Source: a bacterium
GTDB taxonomy: Bacteria > Zhuqueibacterota > Zhuqueibacteria > Oceanimicrobiales > Oceanimicrobiaceae
Direction of reading: 5' to 3'
DNA: 64,000 nucleotides
Assembly (NCBI GenBank): GCA_037446635.1
Contig: JBBIIG010000009.1
Span: 1 to 64,000, forward strand
This document shows positions 10,148 through 18,831 of this stretch, in pieces (positions within the stretch are counted from its first letter, which is position 1; each line of letters starts with the position of its first letter). The translations under genes and the position numbers were made by a program. The notes under the pieces are model-generated. The model was not told where the DNA came from. It saw nothing but the letters and a program-made list of their open reading frames with translations, and ran no database searches.

Positions 10148-11251
10148 TTAAAACGAAACCTGCAGCAGCATGAAATCAAAGTGCACGCCGTTGATTTGCG
10201 CGCGCAACGATTCGCCAATGGCTTCCACAATTTGGGAATCGAATTCGGGTCCGAGAATCATCGACATGCCGGCGGAAACCGAAAACCGCGAGCTGAGATC
10301 GGAACGCAAGCCCACGCCGATGCCGGTCAAATCCGGCATGTTGAGGGTGAAGTAGCGCGTCACCGACAAGTAAAACGCCAGCCAGTCGCCGTAGCGGTTT
10401 TCTTTGTCTTGAATCATCGTGGTGTGCAGCAGCGCGCGGAAGTTGTACGACACCGGCAGAAATTGTCCCAACTGATGCTGCGCGTAAAAAGCGTTTTTGG
10501 CGAATTCCGTGTTGTTGAGCCGCACGCCGTCGGAGAGAAACGACACCCCGGCCCGCAATTCATAGCGCACGCGGCTGCTGGCGCTGAGATACTGGTAGAT
10601 GCCGAAGTACGCCGAATATTGCACCAGCCGGTTGTTGAAATCCGCGTGCAGAAGCGAATCGCCGGGCGCGTCGAATTCGATGGGAAATATTTCGAGGCCG
10701 GCGTGAAACGTGCGGCGCAAGGGATTCGAAGTTTGCACTTTGAAGTCCTTCTCATAAGCCGAATAGGATTTCGCCCACAACACTTCGTTGGTGCCGGTGC
10801 GGTTGAGGCGCAGATCGAGATACATGGCTTTGCCGCGCACGTAGGTGAGGTTGCCTTCCACGAAGGCGTCCACGCGCAGCCGGCGGCCCACGCGCCACAA
10901 TTCATCCGGCGAGGGCAGCGCATTACGAATGGAGAAGCTGCTGTCCGACGACGAAATTTTCAGCGTGTTCAAATCCGGCAGCGACACCATCGCCGGGCGA
11001 TCCAGCGTGCGGAAAATTTCCAGAAGCCGGTTTTGAAAATGCGTCCGCAGCGCCGGCGCCACGATGGTTTCGTCCACGTTGATGCGGTAAATAGCGATGC
11101 GCTGGAGCTCGGGATCGATCTCCGTCAAATCTTTGGGAATCTGTGTGAAAATATCCTGCATCAAATTGAGGATGGTTTCGTTGGCGCTCTGCGCGAAAAC
11201 CGTCGAACACAACGCCAGTAAAAGTACAACGGACAAATGAATTCGTTTCAT
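10148..11251 (-). CDS. Secreted/outer-membrane protein: CsgG/FlgO/TolB-N-like N-domain plus probable beta-barrel
   Basis: Signal peptide (VFA^QS); VGRRLRVDAFVEGNL...LDLRLNRTGTNEVLWAKSY pattern; amphipathic beta-strands in the C-half; terminal Phe (LLQVSF). Confidence 0.6.
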   Translation of the reverse strand: MKRIHLSVVLLLALCSTVFAQSANETILNLMQDIFTQIPKDLTEIDPELQRIAIYRINVDETIVAPALRTHFQNRLLEIFRTLDRPAMVSLPDLNTLKISSSDSSFSIRNALPSPDELWRVGRRLRVDAFVEGNLTYVRGKAMYLDLRLNRTGTNEVLWAKSYSAYEKDFKVQTSNPLRRTFHAGLEIFPIEFDAPGDSLLHADFNNRLVQYSAYFGIYQYLSASSRVRYELRAGVSFLSDGVRLNNTEFAKNAFYAQHQLGQFLPVSYNFRALLHTTMIQDKENRYGDWLAFYLSVTRYFTLNMPDLTGIGVGLRSDLSSRFSVSAGMSMILGPEFDSQIVEAIGESLRAQINGVHFDFMLLQVSF

Positions 11252-11266
11252 AGCGATGCCTTCCCT

Positions 11267-13093
11267 TTATGCAATGAATGATTTTTTCCGGCGCAGCGTT
11301 CGCATCAGCGTGCGGCGCGCTTCGTTCACTTCTGTTTCGGAAATATGACGATGCGATTCGAGGCTGGCGCGCACCATCTCCGCCAATTTCGGCGGCAGCG
11401 ATTGAATGATGCGTTCGACCGTCGCCCGATCCAGCGTTACCAGCGATTTCGCCAGCGTCTCGCGGTCCACTTCCAGAGCGGCCTGGCGCAGTTTGTCCCG
11501 CGACGACGACAGCAGTTGCTGGAAGGTCATGAAGCGGCGGCTGACTTTTTCGGCCAGCGCTAAATTTTGAGTTTGCAGATACGCCAGCGTCTCTTCCTGG
11601 GTGGTTTCGTCGAGTTGTTCCAGCACGCTCACCATGGCATCGACGCCGTTGGCGCGGACGTGGCGCATGGTTTTCAATTCATTGGCGCGCGTCGCTAATT
11701 GCCGCGCGATGTGCTGATAAACATCCGACGGGATGCGTTCGAGATTAGCCATGGCCGCCAGCACGCTTTTGCGCTCCGCCGCCTCCAGCGTGTTCAAAAA
11801 TTTAGCGGCGCGCTCGGTTTGGAGCTGCGCCAACACGATGGCCATCACGCCGGTCTTCAAGGGTTTGAGCAAATGGAACAACTGCTCGTCGTTCATCTGC
11901 TGCAAAAACGAGAGCGCGTCGCCGTCGCGGTCGTATTTTTCCCGCAGCAATTGCTGGCGAATTTCCTCATCAAATTTTTTGAGCAGCGCCGGCGACTCTT
12001 TTTCAGTGGCGGCCGGCGGTAACTGGCTCATGATTTTTTGCACCGCGGCCGTGTTATCTTCGCCAAGATACGGCTCCAGCAAATCCAGCAGCGATTTTGA
12101 GATGCTGGCGATCACCACCGCCGTCTCGCGCTGGCCGGTTTCGCCGCGCTCGGAGATCCAACCGCTGAGCACTTTGGCGCTGGCGCCCGGCATCCCCACG
12201 ATCACGTCGATGGTGCGGGCTTTCAATTCTTCGGTGTGATTGACGTTATGAGCGGCGCCGTTGCCATTCGTCGGCGCCGGCAGTTTGATTTCTTTGCCCC
12301 GCAGGTCCGTCTCCGATACATTTTTCATGGGCGCGGCTGTTTTCGCCGGCGCGGTTTTTTCCGATCCTCTCAGACGACTGACGATCTTGTGCATTCCCAG
12401 CAGATAGAGCGTGATCAGCAGGGTCGCTAATCCAGCCGCGAAATAATAAGGAAACCAGTTCGACTGGGTTTCTGGCGGCAGAGTCTGCGCTGGCGTCGCC
12501 GGCGGAGGCGGGACCTCGGCCGCTTTGGGCGGATCTTCTACTTTAGGCGCGATAAAATTCGCTTTCTCCGGAAAATCCATTCCTTCGATGCGCACTTGAT
12601 CGCCGCGGCTCCCTTCGAGGTTGGCGGTGAGGTTTACAAAGCGGCGGATGAACGACCAGTCGTTTTGCGACAGACTGTTGTCCACCAACACCGTCACGCG
12701 AATCTGCGCCACCTCGTAACGGTTTTCATTGACCTGCTGCAGCAGACTAAAATCGTCTCGCGGATCCGATTTCGCTTCCGCCAGGTCTTGCGGCAGATAG
12801 GGCAGGCCGGGAAGGTTCGTCAGGTCTTTGCTAAGCAGGGCATCCGGCAGCTTGGGCAGAATTTTTCGCGGTTCCACTTTGCGCAACTGCACTTTGGCGT
12901 TAACCACGAATTTGGTTTCCGGATAATAGAGCAGCAGCGCGTTTTGCAAATTCCAGTTCAAGTTGGCTTCCATCGAGCGTTCCAGCTCGTGCATGGATTT
13001 GTCCGAGCTAAAATCTTGCGCCCGCAAAATTGGGCTCAGCGCCAGACCAGCCAGAGCTGAAACGAGCACAGTGAGATTGAAAATTGTTTTCAT
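11267..13093 (-). CDS. FliF(RBM3)-TM-FliG fusion protein (candidate rotor ring)
   Basis: Signal peptide; IRVTVLVD...RGDQVRIEGMDF (FliF C-terminal ring motif); TM at aa ~213-235; P-x-x-S-A-K-V-L-x-x-W helix like the FliF C-terminus; FliG-M-like aa ~392-467; FliG-C-like aa ~482-602 (NGVDAMVSVL, LAEKVSRRFMTF, EVNEARR). Confidence 0.82.
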   Translation of the reverse strand: MKTIFNLTVLVSALAGLALSPILRAQDFSSDKSMHELERSMEANLNWNLQNALLLYYPETKFVVNAKVQLRKVEPRKILPKLPDALLSKDLTNLPGLPYLPQDLAEAKSDPRDDFSLLQQVNENRYEVAQIRVTVLVDNSLSQNDWSFIRRFVNLTANLEGSRGDQVRIEGMDFPEKANFIAPKVEDPPKAAEVPPPPATPAQTLPPETQSNWFPYYFAAGLATLLITLYLLGMHKIVSRLRGSEKTAPAKTAAPMKNVSETDLRGKEIKLPAPTNGNGAAHNVNHTEELKARTIDVIVGMPGASAKVLSGWISERGETGQRETAVVIASISKSLLDLLEPYLGEDNTAAVQKIMSQLPPAATEKESPALLKKFDEEIRQQLLREKYDRDGDALSFLQQMNDEQLFHLLKPLKTGVMAIVLAQLQTERAAKFLNTLEAAERKSVLAAMANLERIPSDVYQHIARQLATRANELKTMRHVRANGVDAMVSVLEQLDETTQEETLAYLQTQNLALAEKVSRRFMTFQQLLSSSRDKLRQAALEVDRETLAKSLVTLDRATVERIIQSLPPKLAEMVRASLESHRHISETEVNEARRTLMRTLRRKKSFIA

Positions 13094-13226
13094 GGGGTGC
13101 GCTTCTTCCTTGATTTCGTTTTGCTGAATTATGATTTAATCATCGGATAGCAGGTGAGAAATCTTGAACGAAAATGATCGTCTAAAAACATCTTGCAAAA
13201 TCTAATTCCTTCTCCCCAAAAATTCT

Positions 13227-13255
13227 TTGACACATCACCCCAAACTTTGTATATT
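13227..13255 (+). promoter_or_regulatory. sigma70 promoter for deaminase-coaE-comEC
   Basis: TTGACA-17 nt-TATATT. Confidence 0.7.
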
Positions 13256-13323
13256 TCCGGCAATTCAGTAATCCCGGTCTGCGCACGCAGCCACCAATCC
13301 ATCATCCGCATTAATCAGGAGAC

Positions 13324-13797
13324 GTGATGCTTGACGAAATCTTCATGCGCCTCGCCATCGAAAAAGCCCGCGAGGGAATGAAAAAAGGACAATCCCCATT
13401 CGGCGCCGCCGTCGTTAAAAACGGCGAGGTGATTAGCTGCGTTCATAACGTTGTGTGGCAAACCACGGACATCACCGCCCACGCGGAGGTGCATGCCATT
13501 CGCGAGGCCTGCAAAAAATTGGGGACGATTGATTTGTCGGGATGCGTGATTTACTCCACCTGCGAGCCGTGCCCCATGTGCTTCAGCGCCATTCACTGGG
13601 CGAACATTTCGAAAATTGTTTTCGGCGCGCGCATCGCCGACGCCCACGACGGCGGCTTCCGCGAGCTGACCATCTCCAACGAGCAGATGAAAAAATTGGG
13701 CGGCAGTCCGGTGGAGATCGTCGCGGGATTTTTGAAAGAAGAAAATGTCGCCCTATTCGAAGAGTGGCGGAGTTTGGAAAACCGAAGAGTCTATTGA
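13324..13797 (+). CDS. Nucleoside/guanine deaminase (cytidine deaminase fold)
   Basis: HAE and CEPCPMC zinc motifs; PFGA; SAIHWA resembles Bacillus-type GuaD. Confidence 0.88.
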   Translation: MMLDEIFMRLAIEKAREGMKKGQSPFGAAVVKNGEVISCVHNVVWQTTDITAHAEVHAIREACKKLGTIDLSGCVIYSTCEPCPMCFSAIHWANISKIVFGARIADAHDGGFRELTISNEQMKKLGGSPVEIVAGFLKEENVALFEEWRSLENRRVY

Positions 13798-13803
13798 AAA
13801 CGA

Positions 13804-14403
13804 ATGTTCCTGTTTGGCGTCACCGGCGGCATCGGCTGCGGCAAAAGCGCCGTGTGCCGATTTTTGAAAAAGCATGCCGTCGCGATCATCGCAGCGGATC
13901 CGCTGGCTAAAGATCTCACCAACCGCTTGCCGGAGATTCGCGCCGCCCTCACCGCCGAATTTGGCGGCCAGGTTTATACCGCCGCGGGAGGGTTGAACGT
14001 TAGAAAACTCAGTCAATTGGTTTTTTCCGACGCCGCCGCCCGCCGGCGCGTCAATCAAATTATTCATCCCCACGTGCTGCGGGAGATCAAAAAGCAGGCG
14101 CAGCGATTGGCAGCGCAGGGCAACAAACTCGTGGGCGTGGAAGCCGCGCTGATTTTTGAATCTGAAATGAATCACACCCTGGACGCCGTGGTGGTGGTAA
14201 GCGCCCCCCTCGAAAAACGCATCGAATGGATTCGCAAACGGGACAATTTGTCCCGGGAAGAAATCCTCAAGCGCATCCAATCGCAAATGCCGCTGGCGGA
14301 AAAAATTCAGCTCGCCGACTACGTTATCGAAAACGACGGTTCCCTTCACGATTTAAGCGCCAAAGTGGATGAGTTGTATTTATGGTTGATTGAAAAGTTG
14401 TAG
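13804..14403 (+). CDS. coaE: Dephospho-CoA kinase
   Basis: GVTGGIGCGKS, IIHP, RIQSQ, ADYVIENDG. Confidence 0.95.
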   Translation: MFLFGVTGGIGCGKSAVCRFLKKHAVAIIAADPLAKDLTNRLPEIRAALTAEFGGQVYTAAGGLNVRKLSQLVFSDAAARRRVNQIIHPHVLREIKKQAQRLAAQGNKLVGVEAALIFESEMNHTLDAVVVVSAPLEKRIEWIRKRDNLSREEILKRIQSQMPLAEKIQLADYVIENDGSLHDLSAKVDELYLWLIEKL

Positions 14404-14423
14404 CCATCTCTTTTCAAAAATCC

Positions 14424-16808
14424 GTGAAAAACAAACCTGCCCTCAAAGCGCTGGTCTTTTTCGGCGCCGGTTTGGTTGCCGGCAGATTTTTTGATCCGCC
14501 GGTTGCCGTCGTGCTGTTTGTGAGCACCGTTCCCGCGGCGCTGGCGTTCGCCTGCTGGTACGCCGATAAACGTCCGGCGCTGTTGAGTATCTCTCTTGCT
14601 GCGGCGTTGGCGCTGGCCGGGCTGGTTCGATATGAATTGGTCACCTCCTATTTCTCTCCCGATCACATCTCCCATTTTATGAATCACGACGGCATCGTGG
14701 CAGTGCGGGGAATCGTGGCGGGGTATCCGGAACGGCGGCTTGAAAAAGTTAATTTTACTTTGTCCGCTCACGAGATCTATTTTAAAGAAAGAGTCTGGCC
14801 AACGCACGGCAAGATTTTAATCAGCCTGGTGGAACTGGATACTCTGTTCGAATACGGCGACGAGCTGGTGGTGCGCGGCAAGCTGCGCCAGCCGAAAGAT
14901 CGCCGCAACCCCGGCGAGTTCGATTACCGCGAATTTTTGCTGGCGCAGGGCATTCACGGCAGCGTGATGATTTATCACGCCGCGCAGATCAAAAAGCTCT
15001 CGTCAAATAACGGGAGCTGGTTTTTGCGGGAGGTGGTCTTTCCGAGCAAAAACTATTTAGAAAAGTTTATCCGCAACAATCTGCCGGCGCAGGAAGCGGC
15101 GCTGCTTTCTGGGCTGTTGATTGGCGAGCGCGGAGAAATTCCGGTCGAGCTGCGCGGCGCCTTCGCGAAATTGGGGGTGATCCACATTTTGGCGGTTTCC
15201 GGAATGCACGTCGGTTTTATTATGATCATTTTTATGGGAGTGATGGGCTTCCTGCGCTTGCCGCCCTGGCTGCGAGTGGCGCTGACGATTCTGGCGCTGA
15301 TGTTTTACGCCCACGTGACCAACCTCAAACCGCCGGTGGTGCGCGCCTCGATCATGGGCGGCCTGCTGCTTTTCGGAACCCTGCTGGAAAGAAAAACCAA
15401 CGTTTATAACACCCTCGCGCTCGCGGCGCTGTTCATTCTGATTCTGAATCCGCTGGAGTTGTTTCAAGCCGGTTTCCAACTTTCGTTTTCGGCGGTGTTT
15501 TCCATTGTTTATTTTTACCCAAAGCTGAGGGGCTTGAAAACCATCGCGGACCTGCTGGCTCGCATCCAGGGGCGCGCGGTTTTGCGGTATCCTTTGGAGT
15601 TGGCGTTGGTGTCCGCCGCGGCGTTTTTGGGCACGCTGCCGTTTACGCTGATGTATTTCAACCGCCTTCCCAATTTTGCGCTGGCCGCTAATTTGGTCGT
15701 CATCCCGCTCGCATTTTTGGGTTTGGCAAATGGCCTGGTCGCCGCCGTCTTCAATCTCATTATGCCGGCGCTGGCGAAATTGTATTTAGCCGCTTCGTGG
15801 TTTTTTCTGCACACGCTAATCCATTTCGTCGAGTGGGCGAGCGCGCTGCCGTTTGCGCAAATTGCAATGTACCGCTTCTCGCTGGGGTTGGGAGTCGGCT
15901 ACTTTATGCTGCTGGTGCTGATTTTCAATTTTAATTTTGCGGCGGCGCGGCGCTGGCTGATCATTTTCGTTTTGTGTCTGGCCAACTACTTTGTTTGGCA
16001 GGGCGCCGGCCGGAATTCCAACGAGCTGACGGTGACGTTTTTGGACGTCGGCCAGGGCGACGCCGCGCTGATTCGATTTCCCAACGGCAAGAAAATGCTG
16101 ATCGATGGCGGGCCGCGGGGACGGCACGCCGACGCCGGCGCCTGGGTCATCGCCCCCTATTTGCAGCGCGAAGGCATTCACGAAATCGACGCGCTGGTGC
16201 TCTCCCACACCGACGCCGATCACCTCGGCGGCTTTCCTTTTTTGATGAGAAATTTTAAAGTCCGCGAAGTGTGGGACAACGGCGTCATGAAAGACACCCA
16301 ACTCTGCCGGGAATATTTAGGGTTGATCGACAGCCTAAACATCACTCGGCGAGTGCTGCGCGCCGGCGCGGTGGTGGACGATTTTTCGCCCGTAAAAATA
16401 TTCGTGCTGCATCCCACGGAAAATTTTCTCAAACAAAATCCTGCAAACGTCAACGAGGCTTCGCTCTCGTTGAAGCTGAGTTACGGCGAGATCGATTTTA
16501 TTTTTATGGGCGACGTGGAAACGGCCGGCGAGCAAGCGATTCCCAAGTTTGGAGATTTGCTGGCCAGCGAAGTTTTGAAGGTGAGCCATCACGGCAGCCG
16601 CACTTCCAGCAGCGAGCAAATTCTAAATTTGGTTCGGCCGCAACTGGCGGCGATTTCGGTGGGCGAGCTGAACAAGTTCGAGCACCCCCACGACGAAGTG
16701 CTGGCGCGTCTGCGTTTCTTAAATTCACGTGTTTTGCGCACCGACCGCCACTCGGCGATCCTCCTCAAAAGCGACGGCAAAACGGTGGAGGTGGTCAATT
16801 GGAAATAG
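14424..16808 (+). CDS. comEC: DNA uptake channel ComEC/Rec2
   Basis: NPGEFDY, HILAVSGMH, GFQLSF, LDVGQGDA, SHTDADH, KVSHHGS. Confidence 0.95.
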   Translation: MKNKPALKALVFFGAGLVAGRFFDPPVAVVLFVSTVPAALAFACWYADKRPALLSISLAAALALAGLVRYELVTSYFSPDHISHFMNHDGIVAVRGIVAGYPERRLEKVNFTLSAHEIYFKERVWPTHGKILISLVELDTLFEYGDELVVRGKLRQPKDRRNPGEFDYREFLLAQGIHGSVMIYHAAQIKKLSSNNGSWFLREVVFPSKNYLEKFIRNNLPAQEAALLSGLLIGERGEIPVELRGAFAKLGVIHILAVSGMHVGFIMIIFMGVMGFLRLPPWLRVALTILALMFYAHVTNLKPPVVRASIMGGLLLFGTLLERKTNVYNTLALAALFILILNPLELFQAGFQLSFSAVFSIVYFYPKLRGLKTIADLLARIQGRAVLRYPLELALVSAAAFLGTLPFTLMYFNRLPNFALAANLVVIPLAFLGLANGLVAAVFNLIMPALAKLYLAASWFFLHTLIHFVEWASALPFAQIAMYRFSLGLGVGYFMLLVLIFNFNFAAARRWLIIFVLCLANYFVWQGAGRNSNELTVTFLDVGQGDAALIRFPNGKKMLIDGGPRGRHADAGAWVIAPYLQREGIHEIDALVLSHTDADHLGGFPFLMRNFKVREVWDNGVMKDTQLCREYLGLIDSLNITRRVLRAGAVVDDFSPVKIFVLHPTENFLKQNPANVNEASLSLKLSYGEIDFIFMGDVETAGEQAIPKFGDLLASEVLKVSHHGSRTSSSEQILNLVRPQLAAISVGELNKFEHPHDEVLARLRFLNSRVLRTDRHSAILLKSDGKTVEVVNWK

Positions 16809-16820
16809 CTAAGACTTTGC

Positions 16821-16849
16821 TTGACATAAAAATAAAGATTTTGTATATT
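16821..16849 (+). promoter_or_regulatory. sigma70 promoter
   Basis: TTGACA-17 nt-TATATT upstream of the IPCT/DIPPS-like gene. Confidence 0.7.
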
Positions 16850-16952
16850 CACACCTTAAATTTTGAAGTCCGGTTCTGAGATTCTCTGATCAGACAGAAT
16901 TTTAAGGTAATTTACAGAGATAATCGTTCAAATTTTCTGGAGTGGAGGATAT

Positions 16953-18524
16953 ATGGAATTGAATCCGCAAGATGATTCTGCTTATTCGACGTGCTTACCT
17001 GGGGTTAATTCCTCTTCCATAAAATCACCATTGTTTGAGAAATCCGAAGCCGTTACCAAAGCGGTCATTATCGCGGCGGGAAACGGCAGCCGTTTGCAAG
17101 GCTATCAAAATAATTGCCCGAAGCCGCTGCTAAAGGTCGGCGGCATCCCGCTGATTCAGAGGGTGATCGTTGCGGCCAAGAAAAAGGGCATCACCGATTT
17201 GGTGATCGTTTTGGGATACCAGGCGGCGCGCATCCGCAAGCGCATCAACGCCAAAAAGTTAGGTGTGCGCATCACCTGGGTGCGCAATCTCGATTGGCGC
17301 AAACCCAACGGCGTATCGCTTTTAAAAGCGGAAAAATACCTGGACGGGCCCTTTTTTCTGTTCATGGCCGACCACGTTTTCGATCCCAAAATTTTAAAAA
17401 AGCTCGACGGCGTCTCGATTGCCAAAGAGGGCGGATTGCTGTGTGTGGATTATCGCTTGAATCGTGTGGCAAATTTAGACGACGCCACCAAAGTTCGCAC
17501 CGAAAACAATCGCATGATTAATCTTGGCAAAAGTCTAACCGACTTTAACGCCATCGACACCGGCATTTTCATTTTGACGCCCGCCATCTTCGATGCCTTG
17601 CGCCAAAGCCAACTCAACGGCGACTATTCCCTTTCCGGCGGCGTGCGGGTTTTGGCGCAGGAAGGCAAGATGTGCACCTTTAACATCGGCGACTCGTTCT
17701 GGCAGGACGTCGATACCATCCCCGAAGTCCATTCGGCGGAGCGGCTGTTGTTTCGCGCCACCCGTTCCAGTACCGACGGCGTGGTCGCCAAATTGATCAA
17801 CCGCCGCATCTCCAATCGCCTCACCAAGTGGCTGATCAAAACCCCGATTACGCCCAACCAGATTTCCATTTTCAATTTATTGTTCACGATATTTATCGCC
17901 TGGCTGGTGTCGCTTGGCAAGCCGTTGAACACCATCATCGGCGGCTTTCTCTTTCAGTTGGCCTCGATTTTCGACGGCTGCGACGGCGAAGTGGCGCAGA
18001 TTAAATTAAAAGACTCCAAATTGGGCGCCTATGTCGATACCATCACCGACCACGTTTCCTATTTCTTCTTCATCAGCGGCGTCACGTTGGGGGCGTATCA
18101 TTCCAAGCAGGATCCGTTCATTTTATATTTGTGTGGCTTCAGTTTGCTCTTTCTGCTCGTGGCCTTGAAATATGGCCTGCAATACATCCGCAAAAAAGGC
18201 TCCGCCAGCCTGCGCGATCTGGATCAGGATATCGCCGCCATGCGGCACGCCCGCAACCGGCCGTGGTATTTCAAATTCTTGGGCGACCTGCATCACCTGG
18301 GCCGGCGCGACCTGTTCTCGTTTATGGCGATGTTGGTGATGGTTTGGGGCAACATCACCGTCTTTTATTGGGGCTTGATGGGCGCGGTCATTCTGATGAG
18401 CGCCGGCATCACCATCTCGGCGCTGATGATGATGTCAAAAAATCAGGACTTCGGGAGATTCTCCCCAATTAAAAAAATCACGACTTCTCTTTGGCGCCGA
18501 TTACGTCCCAGTCGGGTTAGCTGA
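16953..18524 (+). CDS. Bifunctional NTP-transferase / CDP-alcohol phosphotransferase (IPCT/DIPPS-like)
   Basis: IIAAGNGSRL...PKPL, MADH, DTGIF, WQDVDT; C-half TPNQIS and DGCDGEVA...G...D...D. Confidence 0.88.
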   Translation: MELNPQDDSAYSTCLPGVNSSSIKSPLFEKSEAVTKAVIIAAGNGSRLQGYQNNCPKPLLKVGGIPLIQRVIVAAKKKGITDLVIVLGYQAARIRKRINAKKLGVRITWVRNLDWRKPNGVSLLKAEKYLDGPFFLFMADHVFDPKILKKLDGVSIAKEGGLLCVDYRLNRVANLDDATKVRTENNRMINLGKSLTDFNAIDTGIFILTPAIFDALRQSQLNGDYSLSGGVRVLAQEGKMCTFNIGDSFWQDVDTIPEVHSAERLLFRATRSSTDGVVAKLINRRISNRLTKWLIKTPITPNQISIFNLLFTIFIAWLVSLGKPLNTIIGGFLFQLASIFDGCDGEVAQIKLKDSKLGAYVDTITDHVSYFFFISGVTLGAYHSKQDPFILYLCGFSLLFLLVALKYGLQYIRKKGSASLRDLDQDIAAMRHARNRPWYFKFLGDLHHLGRRDLFSFMAMLVMVWGNITVFYWGLMGAVILMSAGITISALMMMSKNQDFGRFSPIKKITTSLWRRLRPSRVS

Positions 18525-18831
18525 TCAACCAGCAGTAAAATTTCACTATTTGGGCTGTCATTGTGAGGAGCGTAAGCGACGGAGCCTGCGTGCTGCAGGC
18601 AGGCAACGACAAGCACCTTTTGGACAGCCCCATTCCTCCAACCAACAGGCCAAATCCTGCGCGCTGCGCGGGTCGTTCTCCTTCTCCCATTTTTACACGG
18701 GAACCAATGCGTTTTTTATTGCGTAGCACTTTAGAGTTTTTTAAAACCTGAATTGTTCACCACGCATGACACGCGGACGACGAAGTTTTTGAAAAAGAAC
18801 AACAGGATTGTAAATTTAAGGATAGCAAAGC

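Noticed and set aside
10181..11221. Long opposite-strand ORFs (for example 10181-11221, 5540-6538, 33217-34110, 38364-39194)
   Set aside because: They are antisense shadows of well-supported genes in GC-rich DNA and have no recognisable motifs.
7654..13093. Decayed remnant of a flagellar operon
   Set aside because: All five ORFs are intact and no fragments of other flagellar genes are visible; the fusion has a coherent signal peptide-ring-TM-FliG layout. It cannot be fully excluded without the rest of the genome.
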